DNA of 56,316 bases from assembly GCA_041495865.1 (NCBI GenBank), contig JBGQDL010000003.1, forward strand, positions 1-56,316. Reading direction: 5' to 3'. This document shows, piece by piece, positions 8,249 through 18,180 of the stretch. The position numbers were made by a program, and so were the translations under genes. Position 1 is the stretch's first letter. Each line of letters begins with the position of its first letter. The stretch comes from Thermoanaerobaculia bacterium (GTDB lineage Bacteria; Acidobacteriota; Thermoanaerobaculia; UBA5066). Below the pieces are notes generated by a model, which saw only the letters and a list, made by a program, of their open reading frames with translations, searched no databases and was not told where the DNA came from.

Positions 8249-9757
8249 CTACTTCCGGATGCCGGGCCGCTGGCGAATCTGAAGGTCGATCTCCACGGAG
8301 AGCTCGTCGGGGCGGGGTTCCAGGTAGCCCGAGTGGGCTTCCGGCTCCCGGGGCCCTGCCTCGACGATGTCGATTCCACGCCGCTCCACGGCGACGGAGT
8401 CGCACCGGAATTCCGGGGTCCGGCCGCGGCGTCCCGCAAGGTAGATCGGAAAAGCGTCACACTTGAGGACGCACGGTCCGCCCCGAAACTCCAGCGGAAG
8501 ATTCCGGACGAAGACGTTCGGCCCCGCCGGCAGCCGCTCGACCTGGCCCACGGCGGAGCGAGCGAGCGCGAAAGCGTCGTTCCAATACCGCTGGAGAGAA
8601 AGCCCGCTCAGGCACGCCCCGGCGAAGAAGGCGGCGAAAAGGAGAGTCCCCGCCAGGGGAAGCGTGCCCCGATCCCGGGCTCCGCGGGCTTCCCGGAGCG
8701 CGGCAGCCGCCGAGTCGGTCCCGACGCCGAAAAGAAAAGCCATCGGCAAAGCCGCCGCATACACGAGCCGCCCGCCGACGGCCGCTTCCGGCACGGTCCA
8801 TGTCCAGAGCACGGGCGCGAGAAAGCCGGCTGAGGCGGCGCACGACGCCGCTCCCGCGCGCGCGCCCGCCGCGCGGAGCCCGAGGAGGACGCCCACGAAG
8901 GCGAGAAGTCCGGCGCCGTGCGCGAAGACAGCCGCTCCGTGCGACGCTCCGAAGTAGGGATACGAGAACATCGCCACCGCGTATCTCCGCAGATGGAGCA
9001 GCAGAGGCGCCTCCCGGAAGAGTCGGAGCGGGGCGCCGTAATGCGATGCGTTAAGGGGCATCGCCCCCATGCGAAGCGCGACGAACGCGCCCGCCGGAAT
9101 CGCCAACAGGGCCGCGCTCGCCAGGACGCGGCGAAACGGAGCCGTCGCGGGCCGGCCCCGGCGACCCGACGCGAGCGCGATCAGAAGAAGAGGCGCCGCG
9201 AGCGCCACTTCCTTCGCCAGCAGCGCCAGCAACAGGATGCCTGCCGCCGGAACGGCGAGCAGAAGAGCCCGTCGCGCCGTGATGCCGGCCCGGACCGCGG
9301 CCGCGCAGAGGAGAAGAGAGACGAGGACGCCCGTGACGCAGAGAAGATCGAACTCACAGGAAATCCAGACGTGCGTCTCGTTTGCGGGAGGAAACACCAG
9401 GAAGAACGCCGCGGCGAGCCAGCGAACGGCCTCGTTCTCGCCGAAGGCCCGGAGGACGAAAGCGAGAAGGACGGCATTGAGCAGGTTCAGAAACGCGACC
9501 ACGGCGACATAGCCCGCCGGCGTGGTCCAGCCGAACAGGGCGAACTGCCCTTTCAAGGCCGCGTAGCCCACCGGGCGGAACACGCCCGCGAGCACCGGCA
9601 CGCTGAACAGCTCCGCCAGGCGGAACGAGCGGGCGACGTCGAGGTTCGCGTAGTCATCGGAGACGAAGAACGCACCTGTCACGGCCGGCACGAAAAGGAG
9701 CGCGCACTCGACGGCGGCGATGGCGACGAAGAAGAGAACGGGAAGCCGCCGGCTCAT
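8249..9757 (-). CDS. Polytopic membrane protein, GT-C-like glycosyltransferase
   Basis: Start MSRRLPVLFF coupled (TGATG) to the upstream GT2; first-loop SDDY, FRP motif, LALLAKE helix, many TM segments. Confidence 0.7.
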   Translation of the reverse strand: MSRRLPVLFFVAIAAVECALLFVPAVTGAFFVSDDYANLDVARSFRLAELFSVPVLAGVFRPVGYAALKGQFALFGWTTPAGYVAVVAFLNLLNAVLLAFVLRAFGENEAVRWLAAAFFLVFPPANETHVWISCEFDLLCVTGVLVSLLLCAAAVRAGITARRALLLAVPAAGILLLALLAKEVALAAPLLLIALASGRRGRPATAPFRRVLASAALLAIPAGAFVALRMGAMPLNASHYGAPLRLFREAPLLLHLRRYAVAMFSYPYFGASHGAAVFAHGAGLLAFVGVLLGLRAAGARAGAASCAASAGFLAPVLWTWTVPEAAVGGRLVYAAALPMAFLFGVGTDSAAAALREARGARDRGTLPLAGTLLFAAFFAGACLSGLSLQRYWNDAFALARSAVGQVERLPAGPNVFVRNLPLEFRGGPCVLKCDAFPIYLAGRRGRTPEFRCDSVAVERRGIDIVEAGPREPEAHSGYLEPRPDELSVEIDLQIRQRPGIRK

Positions 9758-10545
9758 CAACCCCCCGGCTTCGTCCGGAAGCGCCGCCGGATGCGGAACA
9801 GCTCGAGGTAGGCCTGGGCGCCGCCGAAAAGGGTCACGCGCGAATCGGGGGAGTTGAACCACAGGACGGGCACCTCGGCGATCGGATACCCGAGCTGGCG
9901 CGCCAGGACGAGGGCCTCCACATCGAAGGCGAAGCGGTCGACCTGGGCGCGGCCGAAGATCTCCCGCGCGGCCTCCCGCGTGAAGAGCTTGAAACCGCAC
10001 TGCGTGTCGCGGATGCCGGGCAAGAGCAGCAGGCGCACGATCCGGTTGAAAAGCTTGCCCAGAGCCCTTCGATAGAGGGGCTGCCCCTCCTTCACCAGCG
10101 ACTCGTCCAGGGCGCGGGAGCCGATTGCGACCGGCGCCTTCGCGGCCGCGAGCTTCTCCCACTCGTAGATGGGCGTCGAAAAATCCGCGTCCGAGACGAG
10201 GACGAGGCGGCCCGCGGCTTCGAGGCAGCCGATGCGCACCGCGTGGCCCTTGCCGCGGTTGGTCGGAAGGCGCAGGACGCGCAGGTCGAGCCCGTAGCGG
10301 CGCCCCGCCTCTTCTGTGCGTTCGGCCGTCGAATCGGAGCAGCCGTCGTCCACGACGAGCACCTCGACGCGGGGCGCGGACGGGCGGGCGGCGAGATAGG
10401 CCGAGATCGCCGCCAGAGAGGCGGCGATCCGCTCCTCCTCGTTGAAAGCGGGGATGACGATCGACAGGTCGATCTCCCGTGCCGCCTCCCTTCGGGCGGG
10501 GGCGGGCTGCGTTCCGAACGCGGGGATGCCGGGCGTCACCGTCAC
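9757..10545 (-). CDS. GT2 polyprenol-phosphate glycosyltransferase (Dol-P-Glc synthase-like)
   Basis: LSIVIPAFNEEERI, VVDDG, NRGKGHAVR, SDADFSTP, DTQCGFKLF, FAFDVE; GTGA overlap start. Confidence 0.9.
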   Translation of the reverse strand: MTVTPGIPAFGTQPAPARREAAREIDLSIVIPAFNEEERIAASLAAISAYLAARPSAPRVEVLVVDDGCSDSTAERTEEAGRRYGLDLRVLRLPTNRGKGHAVRIGCLEAAGRLVLVSDADFSTPIYEWEKLAAAKAPVAIGSRALDESLVKEGQPLYRRALGKLFNRIVRLLLLPGIRDTQCGFKLFTREAAREIFGRAQVDRFAFDVEALVLARQLGYPIAEVPVLWFNSPDSRVTLFGGAQAYLELFRIRRRFRTKPGG

Positions 10546-11243
10546 GCCGGCCGTGCCTCGTAGACGAACTGGTAGCCGAAGAGCGTGGGCCAGAGGCGTG
10601 CGGCAGCGAGGGAAGCGCCGCGCGCGAGCCCCGCGAGCGGGCGCCGGCCAAGCGCGGGAAGGGCGAGCTCGAGCGGCATCGCGGTCGCCTCGATCGACAG
10701 GACGCGATATCCGCTTTCCTCGAGGAGAGCGCGTCCGGTGGCCCGCGTGAAAAAGCGCAGATGCGTCCGATCGAGAATGCCGCGGTGCACGTAGGTGAAA
10801 CGGCCGAAGAGGAGGCCGAGCCGCACGGTGACGTTCGCGACGTTCGGGAGCGAGAGCAGGAGGACTCCGTCCGGCTTCAAGAGGGGCCCCAGAGCGCTCA
10901 GCAGGACTTCGGGACGCGGCAGATGCTCCAGGACGTCGCCGGCCACGATCACGTCGAAGCTCTCCTTCCACGGCCCGGAGATTCCTTCGAGGAGGTCGCC
11001 GGTCACGGGCTGGTCGAAGAACGGAGCGCCCTCCTTCGCCGCCTCGGGGTCGAGCTCGACTCCGGCCAGGTACCGGCACACCGGACGGACGCGCCGCGCG
11101 AGGAGCCCGGCGCCGAACCCGAGGTCGAGAACCGCGAGGTCCTTTCCGCGCGCGAGGACTTTCTCGAGGAGCAGCACGTGCGAAGAGCCCGGGATCTCCT
11201 TCCAGGGATAGCGCTGCGCCTCGAGGGATGCGGTGTATTTCAG
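10542..11243 (-). CDS. Class I SAM-dependent methyltransferase
   Basis: VLDLGFGAG, FDVIVAGDVLEHL, SLPNVAN, GILDRTHLRFFT; probable CTG start overlapping the nadE stop. Confidence 0.85.
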   Translation of the reverse strand: MKYTASLEAQRYPWKEIPGSSHVLLLEKVLARGKDLAVLDLGFGAGLLARRVRPVCRYLAGVELDPEAAKEGAPFFDQPVTGDLLEGISGPWKESFDVIVAGDVLEHLPRPEVLLSALGPLLKPDGVLLLSLPNVANVTVRLGLLFGRFTYVHRGILDRTHLRFFTRATGRALLEESGYRVLSIEATAMPLELALPALGRRPLAGLARGASLAAARLWPTLFGYQFVYEARPA

Positions 11244-12934
11244 AGCGGCGACCTCTGTGCGATCGGGATCCGGCGGCCGCTTCCGAACGCCTTCGAGGAC
11301 ACCTTGAGGCCGGGCGCCGCCTGGTTGCGTTTGTACTCGGCGCGGTCCACCTGACTCGCGATCTTCTCCACGAGGGCGAGCGGGGCTCCCGTTCGTCGCG
11401 CGGCCGACTCGACGGAGAGATTCCGCTCCACGAGGCTCTCGAGAATCGCGTCGAGGAGCGGGTACGGCGGAAGGGAATCCTGGTCGGTTTGCCCCGGCCT
11501 GAGCTCGGCCGAGGGCGCCTTCGTGAGGGACGCCTCCGGGATGAGCGGGCGGCCCGCGCGCGCGTTGAGGTGGCGCGCGAGCGCGTAGACGCGCATCTTC
11601 GGAAGATCCGAGATCGGGGCGAGGCCGCCGCACATGTCGCCGTACAGCGTGCAATATCCCACCGCGAGCTCGCTCTTGTTGCCGGTCGTGAGGACGAGAG
11701 GCCCTTTCTTGTTCGAGACCGCCATGACGAGAAGGCCGCGGAGGCGCGACTGCACGTTCTCCTCGGTCACGTCCTCCGGCAGGCCCTGGAAGAGCGGCGC
11801 GAGCGTCCGCCGCGCGTCCTCGAAGAGCGGACCGATCGGCAGCACGTCGAGGCGGATGTCGAGGTTCCGAGCCAGCGCGCGCGCGTCCGCGACCGAGCCC
11901 TCGGAGGAATAGGGCGACGGCATCGCGAGGCCCGTCACATTTCGTTTCCCCAGAGCCTCGACCGCGAGGGCCGCCACGAGCGCGGAGTCGATTCCTCCCG
12001 AGAGGCCCAGGACCGCCGTCTTGAACCCGCATTTCGAGGCGTAGTCGCGGATGCCGAGGACGAGCGCGCGCCGAAGCGACTCGAGGGGGTCGCCGTCGGC
12101 ATCGTCGGCAAGGTCGCGCGCCTGATCTCCCGGGACCGGGACGACGCGCGCGACTCCCCGCCCGTCGCGCACGATGTCGGCGACCACGAAATCCTCCTCG
12201 AAGAGCGCCGCGCGCGCGGCGACGCGCCCCCGGCCGTCGAGCACCATCGAGCCGCCGTCGAAGACGAGCTCGTCGTTGCCTCCCACGAGATTCAGATGCG
12301 CCACGGGTACCCGGCCGTCGCGCGCGTAACGGGCGAGCATCCGGCGTCTGAGGTGCGGCTTGCCCTCCGAGAAGGGGGATGCGGAGATCGCGACGACGAG
12401 CGTTGCCCCGCGCCGGAGCAGCGCTTCGCCCGGGTCGTCGCGATACAGGCGCCTCTCCCGCCAGAAGTCCTTGTCGTTCCAGAGGTCCTCGCACACGGGC
12501 AGCCCCAGCCGCTCTCCGCGGAACGGCAGCACGACGCAGCCGTCGCCGGGCTCGAACCAGCGGCCTTCGTCGAAAACGTCGTACGTGGGCAGCAGCGTCT
12601 TTTTCGCGAGAACGCGCACACGGCCGCCCTCGAGGAGAGCCGAGACGTTGTGGACGGGTTTGCCCACGCGGCTCCGGTTCGGCGCGATCGTCCCCACGAG
12701 GAGCGCCGTCCGCCGCGCGCGGCGCGCGAGGGATGCGAGCGAGCGCGCCGCCTCCCGCGCGAACGACGGGCGCTCGAGGAGATCCCGCGGCGGGTAGCCG
12801 CAGATCGCGAGCTCGGGAAACACGGCGAGGTCCGCGTCCGCCTTTTCGGCCCTCGACAGGCCGTCGAGGATCCGCACGGCGTTGCCCGCGAAGTCGCCGA
12901 CGGTCGTGTCGATCTGGCAGAGCGCGAGGCGCAC
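11240..12934 (-). CDS. nadE: Glutamine-dependent NAD+ synthetase
   Basis: Nitrilase domain (FPELAICGYPPRDLL, K.LLPTYDVFDE, VCEDLW) plus synthetase domain (LGLSGGIDS, TTGNKSE, PSAELRPGQTDQDSLPPY). Confidence 0.96.
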   Translation of the reverse strand: MRLALCQIDTTVGDFAGNAVRILDGLSRAEKADADLAVFPELAICGYPPRDLLERPSFAREAARSLASLARRARRTALLVGTIAPNRSRVGKPVHNVSALLEGGRVRVLAKKTLLPTYDVFDEGRWFEPGDGCVVLPFRGERLGLPVCEDLWNDKDFWRERRLYRDDPGEALLRRGATLVVAISASPFSEGKPHLRRRMLARYARDGRVPVAHLNLVGGNDELVFDGGSMVLDGRGRVAARAALFEEDFVVADIVRDGRGVARVVPVPGDQARDLADDADGDPLESLRRALVLGIRDYASKCGFKTAVLGLSGGIDSALVAALAVEALGKRNVTGLAMPSPYSSEGSVADARALARNLDIRLDVLPIGPLFEDARRTLAPLFQGLPEDVTEENVQSRLRGLLVMAVSNKKGPLVLTTGNKSELAVGYCTLYGDMCGGLAPISDLPKMRVYALARHLNARAGRPLIPEASLTKAPSAELRPGQTDQDSLPPYPLLDAILESLVERNLSVESAARRTGAPLALVEKIASQVDRAEYKRNQAAPGLKVSSKAFGSGRRIPIAQRSPL

Positions 12935-12942
12935 GGCGCTCC

Positions 12943-13647
12943 CTACGCGAGGCCGGAGAACTCGGAGGCCTCCACGGGCTCGACCGTGGTGCGCGACATG
13001 AGATCCGCGAGCGTCCGGCCGCGGCGATCGAAGGCGGCGACGAGAAGCGGCACGCCGGCGAGCGCGCCGGTCAGGAGGAAGCCGGTGAAGCGCAGGAATG
13101 CGGCGGCCAGCGTCGGCGAGCCGCCGTCCTCGGCGCGAATCCTCAGGTCGGCGAGAGCCATGCCCGGCGTCGTGCCCCAGACGAACGGGGCGAGGACGAG
13201 GAGCACGAGCGCGGCGAGCAAGAGGAAGGCCGCGAGCGGAAGGAACGCCGGAGGCGGGAAGCGCAGGTCGAGGAGGAGCGCGCCTGAGGCGAGCTCCACG
13301 GCGCCGACGAGCGCGAGGATGAGGATATCGGCGAGGCCCGCCGCCACGCGCCTCGCGAACGCCACCGCCCGCGGCCCTTCGGTCTCCTCTCCGACGATCT
13401 CGGGCTCGTGGAACACTGGTGGGGCGGGCCCGGGCCGTTCGTGACGGGTGTCCTCCGGCGCCGCCGCGGCCGAAGGCGGCTCTTGTGCCTCGGTGCGCAC
13501 GGCCGCGCGGCCCTCTTCCGGGGGGCCGAAGGACGTCTCCGAGACGCTCGGAAAGAGCTCGAGCGTCGCGCGCGGCCCGGAGCGCCGCCGGGTCGGATCG
13601 GGAGCGAGGGGGTGTTCGGCGAGCGGGTCGCGCGGGGGCTCGGACAT
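12943..13647 (-). CDS. RDD family membrane protein
   Basis: RRVAAGLAD, GTTPGMALADLRI, RTLADLMSRT; Pro-rich N-terminus. Confidence 0.82.
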   Translation of the reverse strand: MSEPPRDPLAEHPLAPDPTRRRSGPRATLELFPSVSETSFGPPEEGRAAVRTEAQEPPSAAAAPEDTRHERPGPAPPVFHEPEIVGEETEGPRAVAFARRVAAGLADILILALVGAVELASGALLLDLRFPPPAFLPLAAFLLLAALVLLVLAPFVWGTTPGMALADLRIRAEDGGSPTLAAAFLRFTGFLLTGALAGVPLLVAAFDRRGRTLADLMSRTTVEPVEASEFSGLA

Positions 13648-13660
13648 CGCGCGTCCGCCC

Positions 13661-15652
13661 TCAGGGCCTGACGGAGAGGTGCTTGATGAGGATGCGGGAA
13701 AGCAGGTCGGTCGCGCCACGCGGGTATTTGCGGGCGAAGCGCAGGAGACGTTGCGCCTCGGCGTCGCCCGGCCGGAGGTCCGTGGCCTCCTTCACGGCGG
13801 TCATTGCCTTCGGGATGTTGCCCGCCTGGAAGCTCTGCACGGCGGCGTTGTAGTACGCGTTGACGAGGTACTCCTCGACGTCCTGATTCCTCGGGTCGCC
13901 TTTTCGAAGCTCCCAGAGGAGTTTGATCGCGCTGTCGTAGTCGGCCTCGTTGTAGGACTTCGAGGCGTTCCTGAGCGCCTCGACCTGCTCGTGCGCGCGC
14001 TGCGCGGCAGCCGCCACCTCCGCGTCCTGGGGACGGGCCTTCACGACGGGATCCAGGTTCTTCAGCGCGTCGATGTAGCGGCTCGAGGACATCGCGGCGA
14101 GGCCGGCGACGCGCATCTCGTCGAGGATCGCGGCGCTCGGTGCGGGGGGGCCCGGCGTCGGCGCCGCCGAGGACTTCATCTTCTCGATGCGCACGAGGGC
14201 TTCGGTGTGGCGCGGATCCGACTCGGGAAGCTTCGCGAGGACGAAGATCGCCTCGTCGACCTTTCCGGCGTCGAAGAGGGCCTGGGCCTTCTGGAACGCG
14301 TCCTCCCCGGGCGCGCGGGGCGTCTTGGGTGCGCCTGGTCCGCCTCCCTTCGACGGGGGAGCGCCCGCGTTCTCCGGCCGCGAGGCCGGCCGGACGCGGA
14401 GGAACCAGTAGGTGCCGCCGGCGACGGCCGCGAGCAGGAGGACCGCCGCGCCGAGGAGGACGCGCACGTCGATCCGGCCCCTCCCTCTCCGCGGCGAGGC
14501 CGCCTTCTCGGACCCTTCCATCGCGAGCTCGAGGTCTCCCGCCGTCTCCGGGGACCTGCGCCGCACGCCCGAGTCCAGAGAGAAGGAAGGGGGGCCCGGG
14601 GCCTCGATCTCGTGTTGCATGAACTCGGAATCGCCAGCGCCGATGCCGGCGCCGGCGGGCGGAGGCCCGGAACGCTCTCCCGGCGGCGCGAGGGCCGCCT
14701 CGATCTGGTTGAGGTAGCCGCGTGCCGTGGCGTCGTTCTCGGAGACCGCGAGGACGTCGAGAAACTTGTTGCGCGCGCCCGCGAGGTCGCCGGCCTCGTA
14801 CTGCGCGACACCCTCGGAAAGCAAGAGGTCGATCTTGCGCGCGGCCTCGGCCTGCGCCTCGCGCGCCGCGTCGATGCGGTGGCTCGCCTCCTCGTTCGAA
14901 AGGTCGATGAGGAAGACGCGGCTCCAGAGGTCGATCGCCTCCTGCGTCGAGCCGCGCGAAAGGGCTTCGTCCCCCTGCCTGAGGAACTGCGCGATGCGCG
15001 GGTCGACCTGGATGCTGGCCGCGGCCCGGAGCGGAGCCGTCGGGGGCGCGGGCGGGGGCATTTGCGGTGGCGGCCCCGCGGCCGCGGAGGTGAGCGGGGG
15101 AGCCGTGGCGGGAGCCGGAATTGCGCCCATTGCGCCAGCGCCGTCGGCGGGCAGGCTCAGGCGAAGGTCGTCGAGACCGCCGCCGAACGGGTCGTCGATC
15201 GGCAGGGATGGAGGCGCGGGATCGAAGGTGGCCTCGGAGGGGGGCGCCTCCGGAAGGCCGCTGCCGGCTGCGTCTGCGGCGTCGTCGCCGAACACGAGGT
15301 CGTCGAGCCCGGCCGGGGGCGCGGCGGGACGCGGCGGGTCGGCAGGGGTGCCGGGAAAAGCGTCCGGCAGCTTGCGCCCCGGGTCGGGAAGCGCCTCGCC
15401 CGCGCTCTCGATTGCGAGGTAGTCGCTGAACTCCTCGACGTTGATCGGCTTGTCCGGCGGGGCACCGCGCAAGAGCTCGAGAAGGCTGCGCGCCGGCGCG
15501 AACCGCGGGTCCATCTTGAGCAGGAAGTCACAGCCGAGGAGGGCCTCTTCGTGCTTGCCCTCCTGCGCGAGCTCCAGCGTGTGCCGAAACGTCTGCAGGA
15601 CCTTTCCCCGCGCTTCGGCGGCGAGCGCGGGGCTCCCCGCGTACGAGTTCAT
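13661..15652 (-). CDS. Bitopic TPR protein with Pro/Asp-rich linker
   Basis: TPR-like helices on both sides of a single TM (VLLGAAVLLLAAVAGGTYWFL); TAGCAT 7 nt upstream of ATG 15652. Confidence 0.75.
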   Translation of the reverse strand: MNSYAGSPALAAEARGKVLQTFRHTLELAQEGKHEEALLGCDFLLKMDPRFAPARSLLELLRGAPPDKPINVEEFSDYLAIESAGEALPDPGRKLPDAFPGTPADPPRPAAPPAGLDDLVFGDDAADAAGSGLPEAPPSEATFDPAPPSLPIDDPFGGGLDDLRLSLPADGAGAMGAIPAPATAPPLTSAAAGPPPQMPPPAPPTAPLRAAASIQVDPRIAQFLRQGDEALSRGSTQEAIDLWSRVFLIDLSNEEASHRIDAAREAQAEAARKIDLLLSEGVAQYEAGDLAGARNKFLDVLAVSENDATARGYLNQIEAALAPPGERSGPPPAGAGIGAGDSEFMQHEIEAPGPPSFSLDSGVRRRSPETAGDLELAMEGSEKAASPRRGRGRIDVRVLLGAAVLLLAAVAGGTYWFLRVRPASRPENAGAPPSKGGGPGAPKTPRAPGEDAFQKAQALFDAGKVDEAIFVLAKLPESDPRHTEALVRIEKMKSSAAPTPGPPAPSAAILDEMRVAGLAAMSSSRYIDALKNLDPVVKARPQDAEVAAAAQRAHEQVEALRNASKSYNEADYDSAIKLLWELRKGDPRNQDVEEYLVNAYYNAAVQSFQAGNIPKAMTAVKEATDLRPGDAEAQRLLRFARKYPRGATDLLSRILIKHLSVRP

Positions 15653-15720
15653 CGTGCCGATGCTAGCAAGAACGGCCCGGGACGGCCCACGGTCGGATAC
15701 CATTCTGCGCCGGAGGCGCA

Positions 15721-16629
15721 ATGGCCGCTCTGATCGAGTGCATCCCCAACGTGAGCGAGGGGCGCCGTGGGGACGTCGTCGCGGCCCTCGCCCAGGCGGC
15801 GGTGAAGGCGGGTCCGGGAGTCGTCCTTCTCGACCGCACGTCGGACGCCGACCACAACCGCTCTGTCCTGACGTTCCTCGGGGAGGGCGAGTCGCTCGTC
15901 GCCGCGATGACCGCGCTCGTGGGCGCGGCGCTCGAGTCCATCGACCTCAGGACGCACACGGGCGCCCACCCCCGCATCGGGGCCGTGGACGTGATCCCGT
16001 TCGTGCCCGTGCAGGGCGCCACGGCGGCCGACTGCGTGACCCTCGCGAGGGCGCTGGGGAAGACGCTCGCAGAGCGCTACGGACTGCCCGTCTACCTCTA
16101 CGAGGACGCGGCGTCCGCGCCGGAACGCCAGAACCTCGCGAACATCCGCAAGGGAGAGTTCGAGGGCCTCGCGGCGAAGATGGCGGACCCGGCGTGGGCT
16201 CCGGATTTCGGCCCCCGCGCCCCGCACCCGACCGGCGGCGCGACGGTCGTCGGCGCGCGCGCCCCGCTCGTCGCGTACAACATCAATCTCGGCACGGCGG
16301 ACCTCGCGATCGCCGACCGCATCGCAAAGGCGATCCGCCATCTCTCGGGCGGTTATCGCTTCGTGAAGGCGATGGGGGTGAAGCTCGACGCGCGCGGCCA
16401 GGTGCAGGTTTCGATCAACATGACGAACTTCGAGAAGACCCCGCTCCATCGCGTCTTCGAGACCGTGAAGGCCGAGGCCGAGCGCCACGGCGTCGCGGTC
16501 GTCGGGTCCGAGATCGTGGGCCTCGTTCCCCAGGCTGCGCTCCTCGCGGCGGCCAGCCACTACCTGAGGCTCGAGGCCGACCCCGGTCCCCAGGTGCTCG
16601 AGAACAAGCTCCTCGAAAGGCTCTCGTGA
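15721..16629 (+). CDS. ftcD: Glutamate formiminotransferase
   Basis: IECIPNVSEGR, DADHNRSVLT, HPRIGAVDVIPF, QVSINMTNF, GSEIVGLVP; SD ggagg. Confidence 0.93.
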   Translation: MAALIECIPNVSEGRRGDVVAALAQAAVKAGPGVVLLDRTSDADHNRSVLTFLGEGESLVAAMTALVGAALESIDLRTHTGAHPRIGAVDVIPFVPVQGATAADCVTLARALGKTLAERYGLPVYLYEDAASAPERQNLANIRKGEFEGLAAKMADPAWAPDFGPRAPHPTGGATVVGARAPLVAYNINLGTADLAIADRIAKAIRHLSGGYRFVKAMGVKLDARGQVQVSINMTNFEKTPLHRVFETVKAEAERHGVAVVGSEIVGLVPQAALLAAASHYLRLEADPGPQVLENKLLERLS

Positions 16630-18050
16630 AGAGCCCGCGTCTCGCCCTCGTGCCGGCGCTTCTCGGCGCCGCGGCGCTCGCTCTTTCGGCGGCGCGTTCC
16701 GAGCCTTCGGCCGATTTCCGCGCGGCGCTCGAGGGTCTCGTCCGCGCGGCCCGCGAGACGAACGGCGCTTACGACACGATCCGCGGCCTCACGGACACCG
16801 TCGGTTCGCGGCTCTCGGGGTCGGCGGGCGATGCGCGCGCGGTCGCGTGGGCCGAGGCCGCGCTGAAGGCGCGGGGCTTCACGAACGTGCGCGCCGAGGC
16901 CGTGACCGTGCCTCACTGGGAGCGCGGCGAGGAGAGCGGCGAGATCATCTCACCGGCGCCCTTCCGCCTGTCCCTCTGCGCGCTCGGCGGCAGCGTGGCG
17001 ACGCCCGCGGGCGGGACCGAGGCGGAGGTCGTCGAGGCGCAGTCGCTCGAGGCCGTCGACGCGCTCGGAGACAAGGCGAAGGGTCGGATCGTGCTCGTCT
17101 GGAAGGTCATGGAACGCCGCCCTGACGGCTCGGGATACGGGGCGACGGTTCCGATCCGCGGGGGCGCGGCCTCGCGGGCGGCGAAAATCGGCGCCGTGGG
17201 CGTCCTCATCCGCTCGGTGGGCACGTCGAACGCCCGGCTCCCTCACACCGGCGCGCTGCGCTACGACGAGGGGGCTCCGAAGATCCCCGCCGCCGCGCTC
17301 GCGAACCCGGACGCCGATCTCCTTCACCGGCTCCTCGAAGGCGGGAAGAGCGTCCGGGTCCGGTTCTCGCTCGGTGCCCGGACGCTTCCCGACGCCACCT
17401 CGTCGAATGTCCTCGGCGAGATCCCCGGCCGCGAGAGGCCGGAGGAGATCGTCGTCCTCGGCGGCCACCTCGACTCGTGGGACCTCGGGCAGGGCGCGGT
17501 CGACGACGCGGCGGGCCTCGGCATCGTGATCGAGGCGGCGCGCCTCGTCGGGCAGCTCCCGAGGCGGCCGCGCCGGACGCTCCGCGTCGTCGCATTCGCG
17601 AACGAGGAGAACGGCCTCGCCGGCGCGCGTGCGTACGCCGTGGCGCACGCCTCCGAGCTTCCGCGCCACGCCGCCGCGATCGAGTCCGACAGCGGCGCCG
17701 GGCGCGTGTCCGGATTCGGGTGGACGGCGGGCCCTTCGGCGGAGCGGTACCTCGCGAGCGTCGCGGCGATCCTGAAGCCGTTCGGCCTCGGGGACGTGAA
17801 GAAGGGCGGCGGGGGCGCGGACGTGGGCGCCCTGCGCGCCGCCGGCGTGCCGCTCTTCTCGCCAATCCAGGACGTGTCGCGGTATTTCGACCTCCACCAC
17901 TCCGCCGACGACACGTTCGACAAGATCGACCGCGAGGAGCTGAACACCGGGGTCGCCGAGGTGGCGGCGCTCGCCTACGCGCTCGCCGAGTCCGAGGCGC
18001 CGCTGGAGCGCATCCCGGAGGCCGAGCGCGCCGTGCGCCGCGAGCGCTGA
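16626..18050 (+). CDS. Secreted M28 family peptidase (carboxypeptidase Q-like, PA domain)
   Basis: Signal peptide; GGHLDSWDLGQGAVDDAAG, FANEENG, ESDSG, YFDLHHSADDTFDK; GTGA overlap. Confidence 0.92.
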   Translation: MKSPRLALVPALLGAAALALSAARSEPSADFRAALEGLVRAARETNGAYDTIRGLTDTVGSRLSGSAGDARAVAWAEAALKARGFTNVRAEAVTVPHWERGEESGEIISPAPFRLSLCALGGSVATPAGGTEAEVVEAQSLEAVDALGDKAKGRIVLVWKVMERRPDGSGYGATVPIRGGAASRAAKIGAVGVLIRSVGTSNARLPHTGALRYDEGAPKIPAAALANPDADLLHRLLEGGKSVRVRFSLGARTLPDATSSNVLGEIPGRERPEEIVVLGGHLDSWDLGQGAVDDAAGLGIVIEAARLVGQLPRRPRRTLRVVAFANEENGLAGARAYAVAHASELPRHAAAIESDSGAGRVSGFGWTAGPSAERYLASVAAILKPFGLGDVKKGGGGADVGALRAAGVPLFSPIQDVSRYFDLHHSADDTFDKIDREELNTGVAEVAALAYALAESEAPLERIPEAERAVRRER

Positions 18051-18180
18051 GGGTTCGCCAACCGTCGTTTGGGCCGGATGCCGTTCGGCTCAGCGGGATT
18101 GATGATCGAACTGGGAAATTTTCCGCCGCTTTAGGCCGCTGAGAACAAAGAGTCAGGACTGTCGGGGCAGGCCGAACCCG

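Noticed and set aside
11228-15733. Long plus-strand ORFs (738 and 761 aa), and similar ones at 4325-6184, 19019-21133, 43298-46540 and 46399-48537
   Set aside because: Antisense shadows of well-supported genes; stop codons are scarce in high-GC DNA and the translations have no motifs.
18051-18180. Definite integron attC site
   Set aside because: No properly placed RYYYAAC/GTTRRRY box pair and no integrase; kept only as a low-interest structure.
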